Shown: piece by piece, positions 1 through 10,100 of the stretch
How the letters are laid out: each line of letters begins with the position of its first letter
Position numbering within the stretch: the first letter of the stretch is position 1
DNA from: an uncultured Bacteroidaceae bacterium
Lineage (GTDB): Bacteria; Bacillota; Clostridia; Christensenellales; CAG-917
NCBI GenBank assembly: GCA_964637515.1
Contig: CAZWUI010000005.1
Span: forward strand, 9,416-73,415
Direction: 5' to 3'
DNA length: 64,000 bases
Translations under genes and position numbers: made by a program
Notes under the pieces: model-generated
What the model was told of the DNA's origin: nothing
Databases searched by the model: none
The model's input: only the letters and a program-made list of their open reading frames with translations

Positions 1-1155
1 TTTGCACTTCGTATAGCATCCTACCAAGGCTGGAAGGAAGGCTGGATGGCAGAACATATGCTCATCCTCGGCATCCAAAAACCCAACGGCGAAACCAAGT
101 ACGTGACGGCGGCATTCCCCTCCGCTTGCGGAAAGACTAACCTCGCTATGCTCATTCCCCCTGAAACCTACACCAAGAAAGGTTACAAAGTGTTCACGGT
201 CGGCGACGACATTGCATGGCTTAGAGTAGGCGCGGACGGAAGACTTTATGCAATCAATCCCGAAGCAGGATTCTTCGGAGTCGCTCCCGGCACAAACAAA
301 AAATCCAACCCCAACGCACTTGCATCCACGCAAAAGGGTACGATTTTCACCAACGTCGCAATCAATCCCGCGGATAACACCGTTTGGTGGGAAGGTCTCA
401 CCAAGGAAGCACCCGAAGAACTCATTGATTGGAAGGGCAATCCGTGGCATCCCGGTATGGTCGACGCGGACGGCAAACCCGTCAAAGCGGCGCATCCCAA
501 TAGCCGTTTCACCGCTCCCGCAAAGAATTGCCCCTGCATTTCCAGCGAATTTGAAGCACCCAACGGCGTTCCTATCAGCGCAATCATCTTCGGTGGTAGA
601 CGCGCTCAAACCACTCCGCTCGTGTATCAATCGAGAGATTGGGATCACGGTGTGTTCGTAGGTTCGATCATGGCATCCGAAACCACTGCTGCGGCAAGCG
701 GTGCGGTCGGTGTCGTCAGACGCGATCCTATGGCAATGCTTCCTTTCTGCGGATACCATATGGGTGACTACTTTGCGCATTGGATCGAAATGGGCAAGAA
801 GATCAAACATCAACCCAAAATCTTCAACGTCAACTGGTTTAGAACGGACGAAAACGGCAAGTTCTTGTGGCCGGGATTCGGCGATAATATGAGAGTCCTC
901 GATTGGATCCTCCGCCGTTGCGAAGAAACCGTCGACGCAGTCGAAACTCCTATCGGTTACGTTCCCGATCCCGCGGATATCGACCTCAGCGGTTCCGACC
1001 TCACCGAAGAACAAATTGCAGACCTTCTCACTGTCGATAAGGATTTGTGGAGAAAGGATGCGGATGGTATCAAGGAATTCTACACCAAGTTCGGCGACAA
1101 GCTCCCCGAAACCTTGAAAGAAGAACTCGACACTCTCGAAAATAACCTTAAGTAA
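1..1155 (+). CDS. pckG: Phosphoenolpyruvate carboxykinase (GTP-dependent), 3' part; 5' end lies outside the window
   Basis: Frame 1 is open from nt 1 ([15 protein letters not shown] precedes the first Met at 46). GTP-PEPCK kinase-1a loop [13 protein letters not shown] plus family-typical [15 protein letters not shown] and NSRFT motifs. TAA at 1153-1155. Confidence 0.9.
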   Translation, partial: FALRIASYQGWKEGWMAEHMLILGIQKPNGETKYVTAAFPSACGKTNLAMLIPPETYTKKGYKVFTVGDDIAWLRVGADGRLYAINPEAGFFGVAPGTNKKSNPNALASTQKGTIFTNVAINPADNTVWWEGLTKEAPEELIDWKGNPWHPGMVDADGKPVKAAHPNSRFTAPAKNCPCISSEFEAPNGVPISAIIFGGRRAQTTPLVYQSRDWDHGVFVGSIMASETTAAASGAVGVVRRDPMAMLPFCGYHMGDYFAHWIEMGKKIKHQPKIFNVNWFRTDENGKFLWPGFGDNMRVLDWILRRCEETVDAVETPIGYVPDPADIDLSGSDLTEEQIADLLTVDKDLWRKDADGIKEFYTKFGDKLPETLKEELDTLENNLK

Positions 1156-1246
1156 TAAAAATCTCGTCTTCGCTCCTGCGATGCGGGAGCGAATGCGATA
1201 ATACGATAACCCCACTTAAATCCTATCGAGTATTCGCATAGGATTT

Positions 1247-2899
1247 ATGCATATAATTATGGAACTGTACGAAAGATTTCTAACAGAGCAAATCGACGAA
1301 AACGGTAGGCTGACCGGCGTGGATTGGCACGTTCCCGATACCTACAATTTCGGCTTTGACGTCGTGGACTACTTCGGCACCGTCGAGCCCGATAGAAGGG
1401 CGATGATTTGGGTGTCAAACGATATGCAGTCCCGCGTTTTCACGTTCGGTGATATGATGCGTCTGAGTGCGAAATGCGCCAATTTCTTTAGAAAACTCGG
1501 CATTCAAAAGGGGGATAGAGTAATGCTCGTCCTCCGTCGTCACTGGGAATTTTGGCCTGCGATCGTCGCACTCCACAAAATCGGCGCAATAGTCATCCCC
1601 GCTACCGATCAGCTCAAGGATAAAGATTTCGTGTATAGATTCAATTCCGCAGGGGTTAAGGCTATCGTTTGCACCGCGACCGGGAACGTTCTCGATGAGG
1701 CGGAAACCGCTTGCGAAAAATGCCCTAACGTTAGCATAAAAGTGGTATCTAACGGTACGAAAGACGGTTGGATCAGTTTTTCGGAGTTTGAAAATTACTC
1801 CGACGTTTATCCTCGTCCTACCGACGATAGCGCACCTATGAGGGATGAGTTGATGCTCATGTATTTCACGTCAGGCACCACCGCTTATCCCAAAATCGCC
1901 GCTCACGAACATACCTATTCGCTTGCGCATTTCGTCACTGCAAAGTGGTGGCATAACGTCGAAAAGGACGGAGTGCATTTTACCGTCGCAGAAACAGGGT
2001 GGGGTAAAGCCGTATGGGGCAAACTCTACGGTCAATGGCTACTTGGCGCATGCGTGTTCACCTACGATTTCGACAAGTTCGATCAGGATAAGGTGTTGTC
2101 AATGTTCGCGAAGTACGGCATCACGACTTTCTGCGCCCCGCCGACTATCTACCGCTTTATGATTAAGGCGGATTTGAGCAAGTACGACTTGTCGTCGTTG
2201 AAGTACCTGACCACCGCCGGCGAAGCTCTCAATCCCGAAGTGTTCAATCAGCTAAAAGCAAGCACCGGACTTTCCATTATGGAAGGGTTCGGACAGACGG
2301 AAACTACCCTTACTATCGCAAACCTTACAGGCGCGACGCCTAAGGCGGGTAGTATGGGCTTGCCTACGCCAATCTATAAACTCCGCCTTGTCGACTACGA
2401 CGGAAACGACGTCCCTATGGGTGAGGCAGGGGAGATCTGCGTTGATATAAGCGAGGGTAGACCGTACGGATTGTTCAGAGAGTATTACGGTAGCCCCGAA
2501 CAGACCGCCGACGCTATGCACGACGGACTCTATCATACAGGCGATACCGCTTGGAAAGATGAGGACGGAAATCTGTTCTTCGTGGGCAGAACGGACGATA
2601 TTATTAAGTCGAGCGGATACCGTATCGGACCGTTTGAAATCGAAAGCGTCATAATGGAACATCCATCCGTGGTGGAATGCGCGGTTACGGGCGTGCCAGA
2701 TCCCGTCAGAGGACAAGTGGTCAAAGCAACTATCGTCCTCGTGAAAGGGGTGGAGCCGAGCGATGACCTGAAAAAAGAAATCCAACAATACGTGAAACAC
2801 GCAACGGCACCGTACAAATATCCAAGGATAATAGATTTTGTAGACGAGCTCCCGAAAACGATAAGCGGCAAAATCCGCCGCACCGAATTAAGAAAGTAA
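1247..2899 (+). CDS. AMP-forming acyl-CoA synthetase/ligase (medium-chain ACSM-like adenylate-forming enzyme)
   Basis: 550-aa ORF with AMP-binding signature MYFTSGTTAYPK, TGDTAWKDEDGNLFFVGRTDD and the C-terminal PKTISGKIRR lysine motif. The start could also be ATG 1259. Confidence 0.8.
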   Translation: MHIIMELYERFLTEQIDENGRLTGVDWHVPDTYNFGFDVVDYFGTVEPDRRAMIWVSNDMQSRVFTFGDMMRLSAKCANFFRKLGIQKGDRVMLVLRRHWEFWPAIVALHKIGAIVIPATDQLKDKDFVYRFNSAGVKAIVCTATGNVLDEAETACEKCPNVSIKVVSNGTKDGWISFSEFENYSDVYPRPTDDSAPMRDELMLMYFTSGTTAYPKIAAHEHTYSLAHFVTAKWWHNVEKDGVHFTVAETGWGKAVWGKLYGQWLLGACVFTYDFDKFDQDKVLSMFAKYGITTFCAPPTIYRFMIKADLSKYDLSSLKYLTTAGEALNPEVFNQLKASTGLSIMEGFGQTETTLTIANLTGATPKAGSMGLPTPIYKLRLVDYDGNDVPMGEAGEICVDISEGRPYGLFREYYGSPEQTADAMHDGLYHTGDTAWKDEDGNLFFVGRTDDIIKSSGYRIGPFEIESVIMEHPSVVECAVTGVPDPVRGQVVKATIVLVKGVEPSDDLKKEIQQYVKHATAPYKYPRIIDFVDELPKTISGKIRRTELRK

Positions 2900-2917
2900 G
2901 CGCGAAAGCGCTTTTTT
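2900..2917 (+). terminator. Short intrinsic terminator after the acyl-CoA ligase gene
   Basis: GCGC-GAAA-GCGC tetraloop hairpin followed by T6, directly after the stop codon. The stem is only 4 bp. Confidence 0.5.
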
Positions 2918-2937
2918 CTTTGCCTTTTTTCGGCTAA

Positions 2938-3009
2938 TCTTTTCCTCTTGGGGACGGAGCAAAAAGCGGAAAAGATTTCCTCTTTTGCTCCGTCCCCAAG
3001 AGGAAAAGA
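2938..3009. repeat. REP-like 72-nt palindrome, left copy
   Basis: Perfect 27-bp inverted arms, TCTTTTCCTCTTGGGGACGGAGCAAAA at 2938-2964 and its complement at 2983-3009. They surround an 18-nt spacer, AGCGGAAAAGATTTCCTC. Confidence 0.9.
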
Positions 3010-3037
3010 ATGGGTAAAAAAATAAGCGCTTTTGCGC

Positions 3038-3799
3038 CTATTTTAAAACGTATCGCACCGACCTTGCGTCGCTGAACTCGAAAATTTTTGCTATCTCTTT
3101 TTGCGTCATTCCTATCTCTTGAAGTTTGCGCATGCATTCTACCATCTTCGGCCTGTCGAGTTTCAAGAACTTCGGGGGCATGCCGTACTTCGCAAGAATT
3201 TCGTATGCCTTGTCATCGACCGTCTTCGCATTATCTTTGATTTCAATCCATTCCGGGCAGTCCGCGTCCGTTCCGCATTCACGCGCAATGGCGATTATGT
3301 TCGACGGCTCGGTGTTGAAAAACTCTCCTGCGAAATCAAAGTCAACAATGCCCATGCGTTGCATATAGCAGTTGTAACTCGAATAGTCGTAATCGGTAGG
3401 TTTTTGCGCAATTCCAGCGTTTATCGGGTTGTTATGGATATAACAAAGGCAGTTTCCGACATATTTTGTGTCGTAAATGGCTTGGCTTTTGTATCTGTCT
3501 CTAAACACGTAGCCGACGCGTTCCGTCTTAAAATTGTAGTACTGCGCATACCTCGTGTTGACACGGCGCATATAGCGACCTAACTTGTCGGGATTGGGGG
3601 CATAGAGGAGCAGATGACAGTGATTGCCCATAATGCAATAGGCAAGGATTTTGATGCCGTCGTCCTCTTTGTAATGGTTGAGATTGAAGAGGTAAGTGTT
3701 CTTCATTTCGTCGGTGTCGAAGATGTATTCTTTTGCGATGCCCTGCACCATAACGTGAAAACAATTTGTATCTGAACAAGCTCTAGCGATTCTACTCAT
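3038..3799 (-). CDS. REP-associated tyrosine transposase (RAYT / IS200-like Y1 HUH transposase) with a C-terminal HTH-like tail
   Basis: 253 codons from ATG 3797-3799, with AAGGAG 8 nt upstream. HUH motif in IMGNHCHLLL and the Tyr region CYIHNNPINAGI...DYDYSSY. C-terminal MTQKEIAKIFEFSDARSVRYVLK. The listed 355-aa ORF merely extends upstream through the right palindrome. Confidence 0.8.
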   Translation of the reverse strand: MSRIARACSDTNCFHVMVQGIAKEYIFDTDEMKNTYLFNLNHYKEDDGIKILAYCIMGNHCHLLLYAPNPDKLGRYMRRVNTRYAQYYNFKTERVGYVFRDRYKSQAIYDTKYVGNCLCYIHNNPINAGIAQKPTDYDYSSYNCYMQRMGIVDFDFAGEFFNTEPSNIIAIARECGTDADCPEWIEIKDNAKTVDDKAYEILAKYGMPPKFLKLDRPKMVECMRKLQEIGMTQKEIAKIFEFSDARSVRYVLK

Positions 3800-3856
3800 A
3801 GCGGTATCTCCTTTGATGAGAATAGTATACAACGATGGGGCGAGAATGTCAAGGGA

Positions 3857-3924
3857 CTTTTCCTCTTGGGGACGGAGCAAAAGAGGAAAGCTTTTCCGCT
3901 TTTTGCTCCGTCCCCAAGAGGAAA
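3857..3924. repeat. REP-like palindrome, right copy (inverted relative to the left copy)
   Basis: 24-bp perfect arms at 3859-3882 and 3901-3924. The spacer GAGGAAAGCTTTTCCGCT is the reverse complement of the left spacer with one substitution. Confidence 0.9.
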
Positions 3925-3975
3925 TCGAAGGGGGAAAATTGTGGGATAAAGTGAGGGGGGAATGAAAAAATGGTA

Positions 3976-4018
3976 TTGACAAATAGGGATAATGTGATAT
4001 ATTATATCGTTGTATAAT
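3976..4018 (+). promoter_or_regulatory. Promoter-like region of the giant surface-protein gene
   Basis: TTGACA (3976-3981), a 16-nt spacer, then TATATT (3998-4003). An extended -10, TGTATAAT, lies at 4011-4018. Start codon is at 4165 with RBS GAGGTG at 4154-4159. Confidence 0.45.
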
Positions 4019-4164
4019 GCCCGAACGGGACGCGGGCGCGTGTGTATGCATATATGTATGTGGGCATGGCGCGGGGCGCGAAGATAGGGCGCTACAAAAT
4101 GACACACAACTTATAGGGCTGAGGTCGGGCGGCAGAACGGCTTAGGCTAACTTGAGGTGAAATT

Positions 4165-7100
4165 ATGAGAAACAACACTATCAGACAGACGCTTTCAATC
4201 ACAAGACTCGTTGTGCTTGCACTGTGTTTTGTGTTCGTGTTCGCATTCGCAATGCTCACGATGACCACGACTGAAAACAGTGTGATGAGCGACGTAGCGT
4301 TTGCAGAAGATTCTGACGGTAACGCGGTTTCGATTGTTGTCGATAACGAATTGACGGCAAATTCGATCGGGTTCCCCGGCAACGACGCAAGCAAGCGTAC
4401 TTGGACATATCGAGTGACGACGAAAAATACAGTCTTCTCGACAATCAACACCAGTGTGTATACAAATTCAGGTGCAGATACGACCTACAACGTTTCTACA
4501 ATAACGAACGGTTTCAAAATCAAAGAAAGCGAAGCACACAGTGTTTCAGCACCTGAATTGTTTGTTGCAGTCAACTTTGCCGTTCCTGATTTTATTAGAA
4601 AAATTTCGGGGAATTCAAATTTTGAAATCACAGTAGCTGTAACGTCAACGATACATAGATACGAATCCAATATGGCGTTTGGTAGCGACAACAGCGGTTA
4701 CTACGTTGAAGCGACTGATAGCGCAATGAAAGCAAGTGCTATCACGGGAAAAGGATTCACCAAGTTCCAAAACTTCAAGAATGATAACACCAAAACGGCA
4801 TCTTCCAATATAACCAAGGGCAAGAACAACATTCTTATCGGTTATTACGATCAGACCGGTAACTGGGGTCAATGCGATTTCGACGTCACCAACTTGTATT
4901 TCGATTTCACCGTTAAAATTGCAGGCGGTGCATCGAACGCGACCTTTGCAGACTCGGCAACTATGAGCATTTGGGACGGCGCCGCACCTATCGTCACGAA
5001 TGCAACCGCAACTCCTAACAGATACTTGGAAAACGATACTTGGAAAGGGGATAGTTGGAATTACAACGTCACCAAAGCGGAAAGCAATCCTGCAAGCCCC
5101 TTTGCGAACAATGCTTGGAGCAAGTACGAATACGCACAAGACAGCGTGTCTGCCGACAACGCAATGATCAACCTTTACAGTTACGTCAACACCTCAACGG
5201 ACGGAAAAACGGTTGATAGTGGCAAAACTTATTACAAGAGTGCAGAACTTACAGTCAACGATAGATATTCTTACGATTACAAAGGAGCGGACGATAAAAA
5301 CGTTCTTGTTACTGTCGCAAACAGTAACAAGGGTTTCCAATATTTCGCATCAGGTATTAAATCGGTAACAATCGGCGCAACGACTTATACCGTTGCAACG
5401 GATAGCGGTTATAAAGAAATCAAAAAGACTGACGATGCAACCGTCTACGGTTGGTTCAAAGTCGATAAGGCAGCCGATAACCGTGCACAAATCAAAATCT
5501 CATTCTACTTCAAAGAAAATATCACCGGTCTTAACGTTAGCGTTTCGGACTACGGTGACGCAAGCGTTTCCAAGACCATAAACGTCAAGGGTATAGACAA
5601 CACCAATCCTAACGGAACTCTCACCGTTGACGATATGGACGGATACACCAAAGAGGCATCCCTTTTCAGCGGTTGGGACAACCTCAGATGGTACAACAAC
5701 AGCACTCTTTCTCTCGATCTCAACATGAACGAAGAAAGTCCGTCTACGGACGACCTTGAAATCACTCCTTATATGTGGTTCTATTCGGTCGTGAAAGTGA
5801 ACGCACCGACAGGCACGCTCACTTCGGCAAACTGGTCGAGAGAACAACTTCTCACGAAAGTGCCTTTCGCAGTCGGAGCGACTTCGAGCTTCAAATACGA
5901 CTTCACAACCGGCTATGCAAGTGCGGTTTACGATACCGCCGGCAACGTCACCACCGGTCTTGACGGTCAATCAAGCATGAGTGCAACGGGGGTAGGGTAT
6001 TATCTCTTCACGTTCTACTGTATGGATATGTCGGGCAGATATACCACCGAAAACCAAATCTCGTACTACGTCAGAGCGGACTACGAAACCCCGACTTATA
6101 CTCTCACCAAGTCCGCAAACGGCAATAATCTCGCAAATACCGATTGGGCAACGAGCGAACTCACTGTCACTCTCGTTCAAGACAAGGCGTCCATTTCGGG
6201 CAATAACTTGAGCTTCACGGACGCAGAAGATAACACCAGATATATCGCTGTTCTCAACGGCGTTATCAAGAATATCTATCTCGATACCGCAGTGGATAGC
6301 ACTGCCACTATCGCGACGGACGGCAAGTCTGCAAACTTCGGCGGTGGCGAGCCCGGTACGAGAATTTACGTGACTTATAGCGTGTCGTCCACCGGCGTTG
6401 CGACTTGGACTATCGTGTTCGGCAGAGATCACAGCGCTCAAGACACCAGCGGTTACACCTATTTCGACTTCTCTTACTATACCACCTTTGAAATTATGGT
6501 CGGCGACGATCCCGAAAACGAAACTCCCGTCAAGTACGTTGCCACCGGTAACACCATGCAAACGGACGGCGTAACGCACCGTCAATGGCAGGTCCTTGTC
6601 GGAAAAAAGTACGTCAACGGCGTGTATATTCTCGTGGATAGAAACAAACCCCACGCTCCCACTCTCGACCAAGAGTCCGAAGATAAGGACTATTCCGAAA
6701 TCGATCAGATCTACACTCCCTCTATCCCCGATGCAACGGATAGAAAGTGGTTCACGAGCGGTTGGTCTCTCGATGCGTTCTACGCGTTCGAGGACTCTCT
6801 CCTTGCGCAGTACGGCGACGGTATCAAAGTCTACTACGCAATGAAGAATATTCAAAATATCAATGACTTCGACGCCGCGGGCGAGAAACTCTCGATCAGC
6901 GCCTTCCTTTCTGCTTTCGGTAGCGGTGCGATCGATCCCGCAGACTACAACTTCGACGCAGTCTACGAAACCCTCGGCACTAAACTCAATAGTATCAACG
7001 AAATCAAACTCAACTTCAATAGCGCACTCGGCGCAGGTATGCGCGTCTACTACTTCTGGGCGGTCGACCAAGCGGGTAACGTCAGTGATCTCGTCGGATA

Positions 7101-10100
7101 TACCTTCTTCGTCGATGCAAACGACTATAAGGTCGTCGGCTCGGTGGATAAGGATAGCATCTTCGCAGATCTCAACGTCGCTTCCGTCCTCGAAGGCGGT
7201 AAGTCCACCGTCTATAAGAGAGGGGATATCATCACTCTCAACTTCGCTCTCGAAGACGGCTACGTCGCCTATAAACTCGACTATAAGTTCGGCAACGGCG
7301 CAGAAGATATCAAGAATAAGTGGACCACCGACGATCCGCTCTCTCCGTCTCAATCCTACGCGGATCCCAACGGCAGCATTTCTCTCGACGGTCTCGAATT
7401 CAATCTCTTGCTCGAAAATACCGATCTCGGCAATCTCGGCAATATCCCCAGCAATAACGGTAATATCGAACTCATCTTCCGCTATCGCAGACTCGTCACT
7501 GTCACCGTCACCGGTACCAACGTCAGCTACGCAGGCGCTCCTACCGAAATCCCCATGACCGTCTTCCCCGAAATCGCAAAGAGCCAAATCGTCTACGATT
7601 GGAAACAAAATACGGGTGCGGTCGACACATTCAACGAACCTATCTATACGGATCTCGAATCCGCTCCTTCCAACGTCGGTGAATATTCGGTCGCAATGTC
7701 TATCGATAACGATAACTACGTCACTCAAACCGTCAGAATTCCCGCGTATAACATTCTCAAGAAGGATGTCACGATAAAGATCAATTCTTCCGTCGGTGAA
7801 TACGGCGACAATCAAAATATCGGTTACGTCGTGGACGGTCTTGTCGGTGCAGATCTCGCAGCGTGGGATCCCGCTACTTACACCTTCACCGGCTCCGAAC
7901 TCTTCCTGCCCACCGCAAGCAACTGGCTCAAAGTGGACGGCATTCTCGTTGCGGACGGTAGCGGTTTCGGCAATCTCAATGTCGGCAACTACGCGATCAC
8001 TTTCTCGACAGACGTAACTGCGGATCTCGGAGATAACTACAACGTCTCCTACGTCACCGCAACCCATATCGTCACTCAAAAGGCTATCACCGTCATTGTC
8101 AAGGCCGGTCAAGGCAAAGTCTACGGCGATGCGGACGGCACTATCCTCGTCGGCGTAGATAAGACTACGCTCCCCACCGGGAAACTCATCGGCGATATCT
8201 TCAACGGCGCTCAAGAATCTTCTACTGTCGGCAATATCGTCTACTTCTACGTGGACGGCACTCAACTCATCTCCCGTGAATTCGGTGAGAACGTCGGTGA
8301 ATATAACTACTCCACCAGCACCGCTTATTTCGACGTCAATAGCAACTACTCGATCACCGTCGACGCAAGCGGCGTTAAATACGAAATCACTCAAAGATCT
8401 GTGAGCGTTACTCCCGTCGCAGGTCAAAGCTTCATCAAGAACGAGACGAATTCCTATGACGTTGCGTACACTCTCGCCGCAAACGACCAGAGATTTGCAG
8501 AATATCTCACCGCCTCTTGGTCTCTCGGCGTTGCAGGCGCTTCTAGCCCCGTTCTAGGTTATACCGAAACTTCTTACACTCTTGTCGGTTCGTTCTCGTC
8601 TAGCTCCGCAAACGTCAAGTTCGTCATCGCGGCAGGCGATCACGCTATCATCATCCGCGAAATCATCGCAAGTGCGACGAACGTCGTCGTTACCGTCACC
8701 CGCGTTACTCCTTACGTCTTGACCTACGGCGATAATACCTACTTCAGCAACGTTACCATCACCGCAGATAGCACCGATTATTCGATCGCTCTCTCGGACG
8801 GCTCCACGCTCCCCGAAGGTTACTCCCTCAAGTGGACCGCACACCTTACCAGTCTCAACGTCGGTTTGCGTTCCGTCATCATCGAAGAAGGATCCGCTTC
8901 CGTCCTCGATAACAACGGCGCAGATACCGATTATATCTTGCTCGTCGATAGCTACTATATCACTATCAACCCCGCAACGATTACCGTCTATCCGTCCGCT
9001 ACCAATAATTCCAAGGTCTACGGCGATCTCGATAGCGTTTACGGTATCGGTTTCTCCGTCGCGGAAGGTCAAGAATCTCTTGCAAGTAAGGTCAGCGGTT
9101 CTTTCGTCAGAGTCGCTTACCACGCTGACGGCTCCTTCTACCGTTTCGGTGAACGCTACGATAACGTCAGCAATGCGGACGGCTCTATCACCTACAACGG
9201 TCAGGATTTCTACTACGGCTACGCAATCTCTTCGGAATTCGTCAGCTCGGATAGCAACTACGTCGTAGTGGTCGACGAAACCGCTCTCGCAGAGGCTCGT
9301 CTCGTCATCACTCCCGCAACCATTGATTATAGCCAAATCACTCCCGCTTTCTTCGGCGTCGATAGAGCAATGAACAACTCCACAGAGCTCCCCGAATTCT
9401 CCGTCGATCAAAAGAAAGCTATGCTCGCAATCTACTCGCAGTTGAAACGTAATACCGATGACGTCTATATCAACTTCACCGCAAATTACGTCAACGTCGA
9501 TACCCACGAGCCCGATGCGTCTATCGGTGAGAAACACGTTCTCTTTGCAGCATTCGCTCTCGCAGGCGGTGCCGCAGGTAACTATACTCTCGTCGGCGCA
9601 CCCGAAAGCTACGTCCTCACTCAAATCTGCTACATCAAGGACGAGCCTATCGAACTCACCAAACTCAACTTCACCTTGACCAAAGTCTACGACGGTAGCC
9701 CCGAATTCTCGGCAAATAACGTGCTCATCAGCGTCAGCCTCGGCGATAATATGCAACTTATGTCATCCATTATCTTCCCGTCCGCTAACGTCACGTCCAA
9801 CTACGCAACCGACGTCGTATTGCTCTTCCCCGGACTTAGAGCAAGCGATATCAATATCGACGTCAAGGAAGAAGGTATCGAAATCGCTTTCACCGACGAA
9901 GGCATGGTCCTTACCGTCAGAAACCTCAGCGGTTCCATCACTCCTAAACAAATCGATATCGACGACGTCATTGAATACTCCGTCGCAGATCGCAGATACA
10001 ACGGTTCTTCTCTCGTCGATCTCGGCCTCGTCTTCTTGAACAGCGTCTATGCAACAGGCGATAGTTTCGCAAACGTCGGTCTCGAACTCCTCGCGCACGC

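Larger units (their letters stand above)
2938..3924 (-). mobile_element. REP/RAYT unit: Y1 transposase gene bracketed by oppositely oriented palindromes
   Basis: The two flanking palindromes are reverse complements of each other, including their asymmetric spacers, which differ at 1 nt. There is no second gene between them. Confidence 0.6.

Noticed and set aside
1171-1191. Hairpin CGCTCCTGC-GAT-GCGGGAGCG after pckG as a terminator.
   Set aside because: No T-tract follows it, so I cannot support it as an intrinsic terminator from sequence alone.
3800-4105. N-terminal 102-codon extension of the transposase ORF (listed as 3038-4105, 355 aa).
   Set aside because: The extension runs through the right palindrome and the promoter and RY tract of the giant gene, and translates to low-complexity sequence. 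A proper AAGGAG-spaced ATG at 3797-3799 gives a normal-length Y1 transposase.
5971-8427. 818-codon minus-strand ORF inside the giant gene. Siblings are 4645-5139, 5500-5970, 8554-9756, 9763-10140, 10156-10992, 11086-12390 and 12883-14703.
   Set aside because: All are exactly co-phased with the sense codons, so they only reflect the absence of sense TTA/CTA/TCA codons. The translations are low-complexity (D/V/I/R/F-rich) and lack RBS or recognisable motifs, while the sense frame has a coherent repeat architecture.
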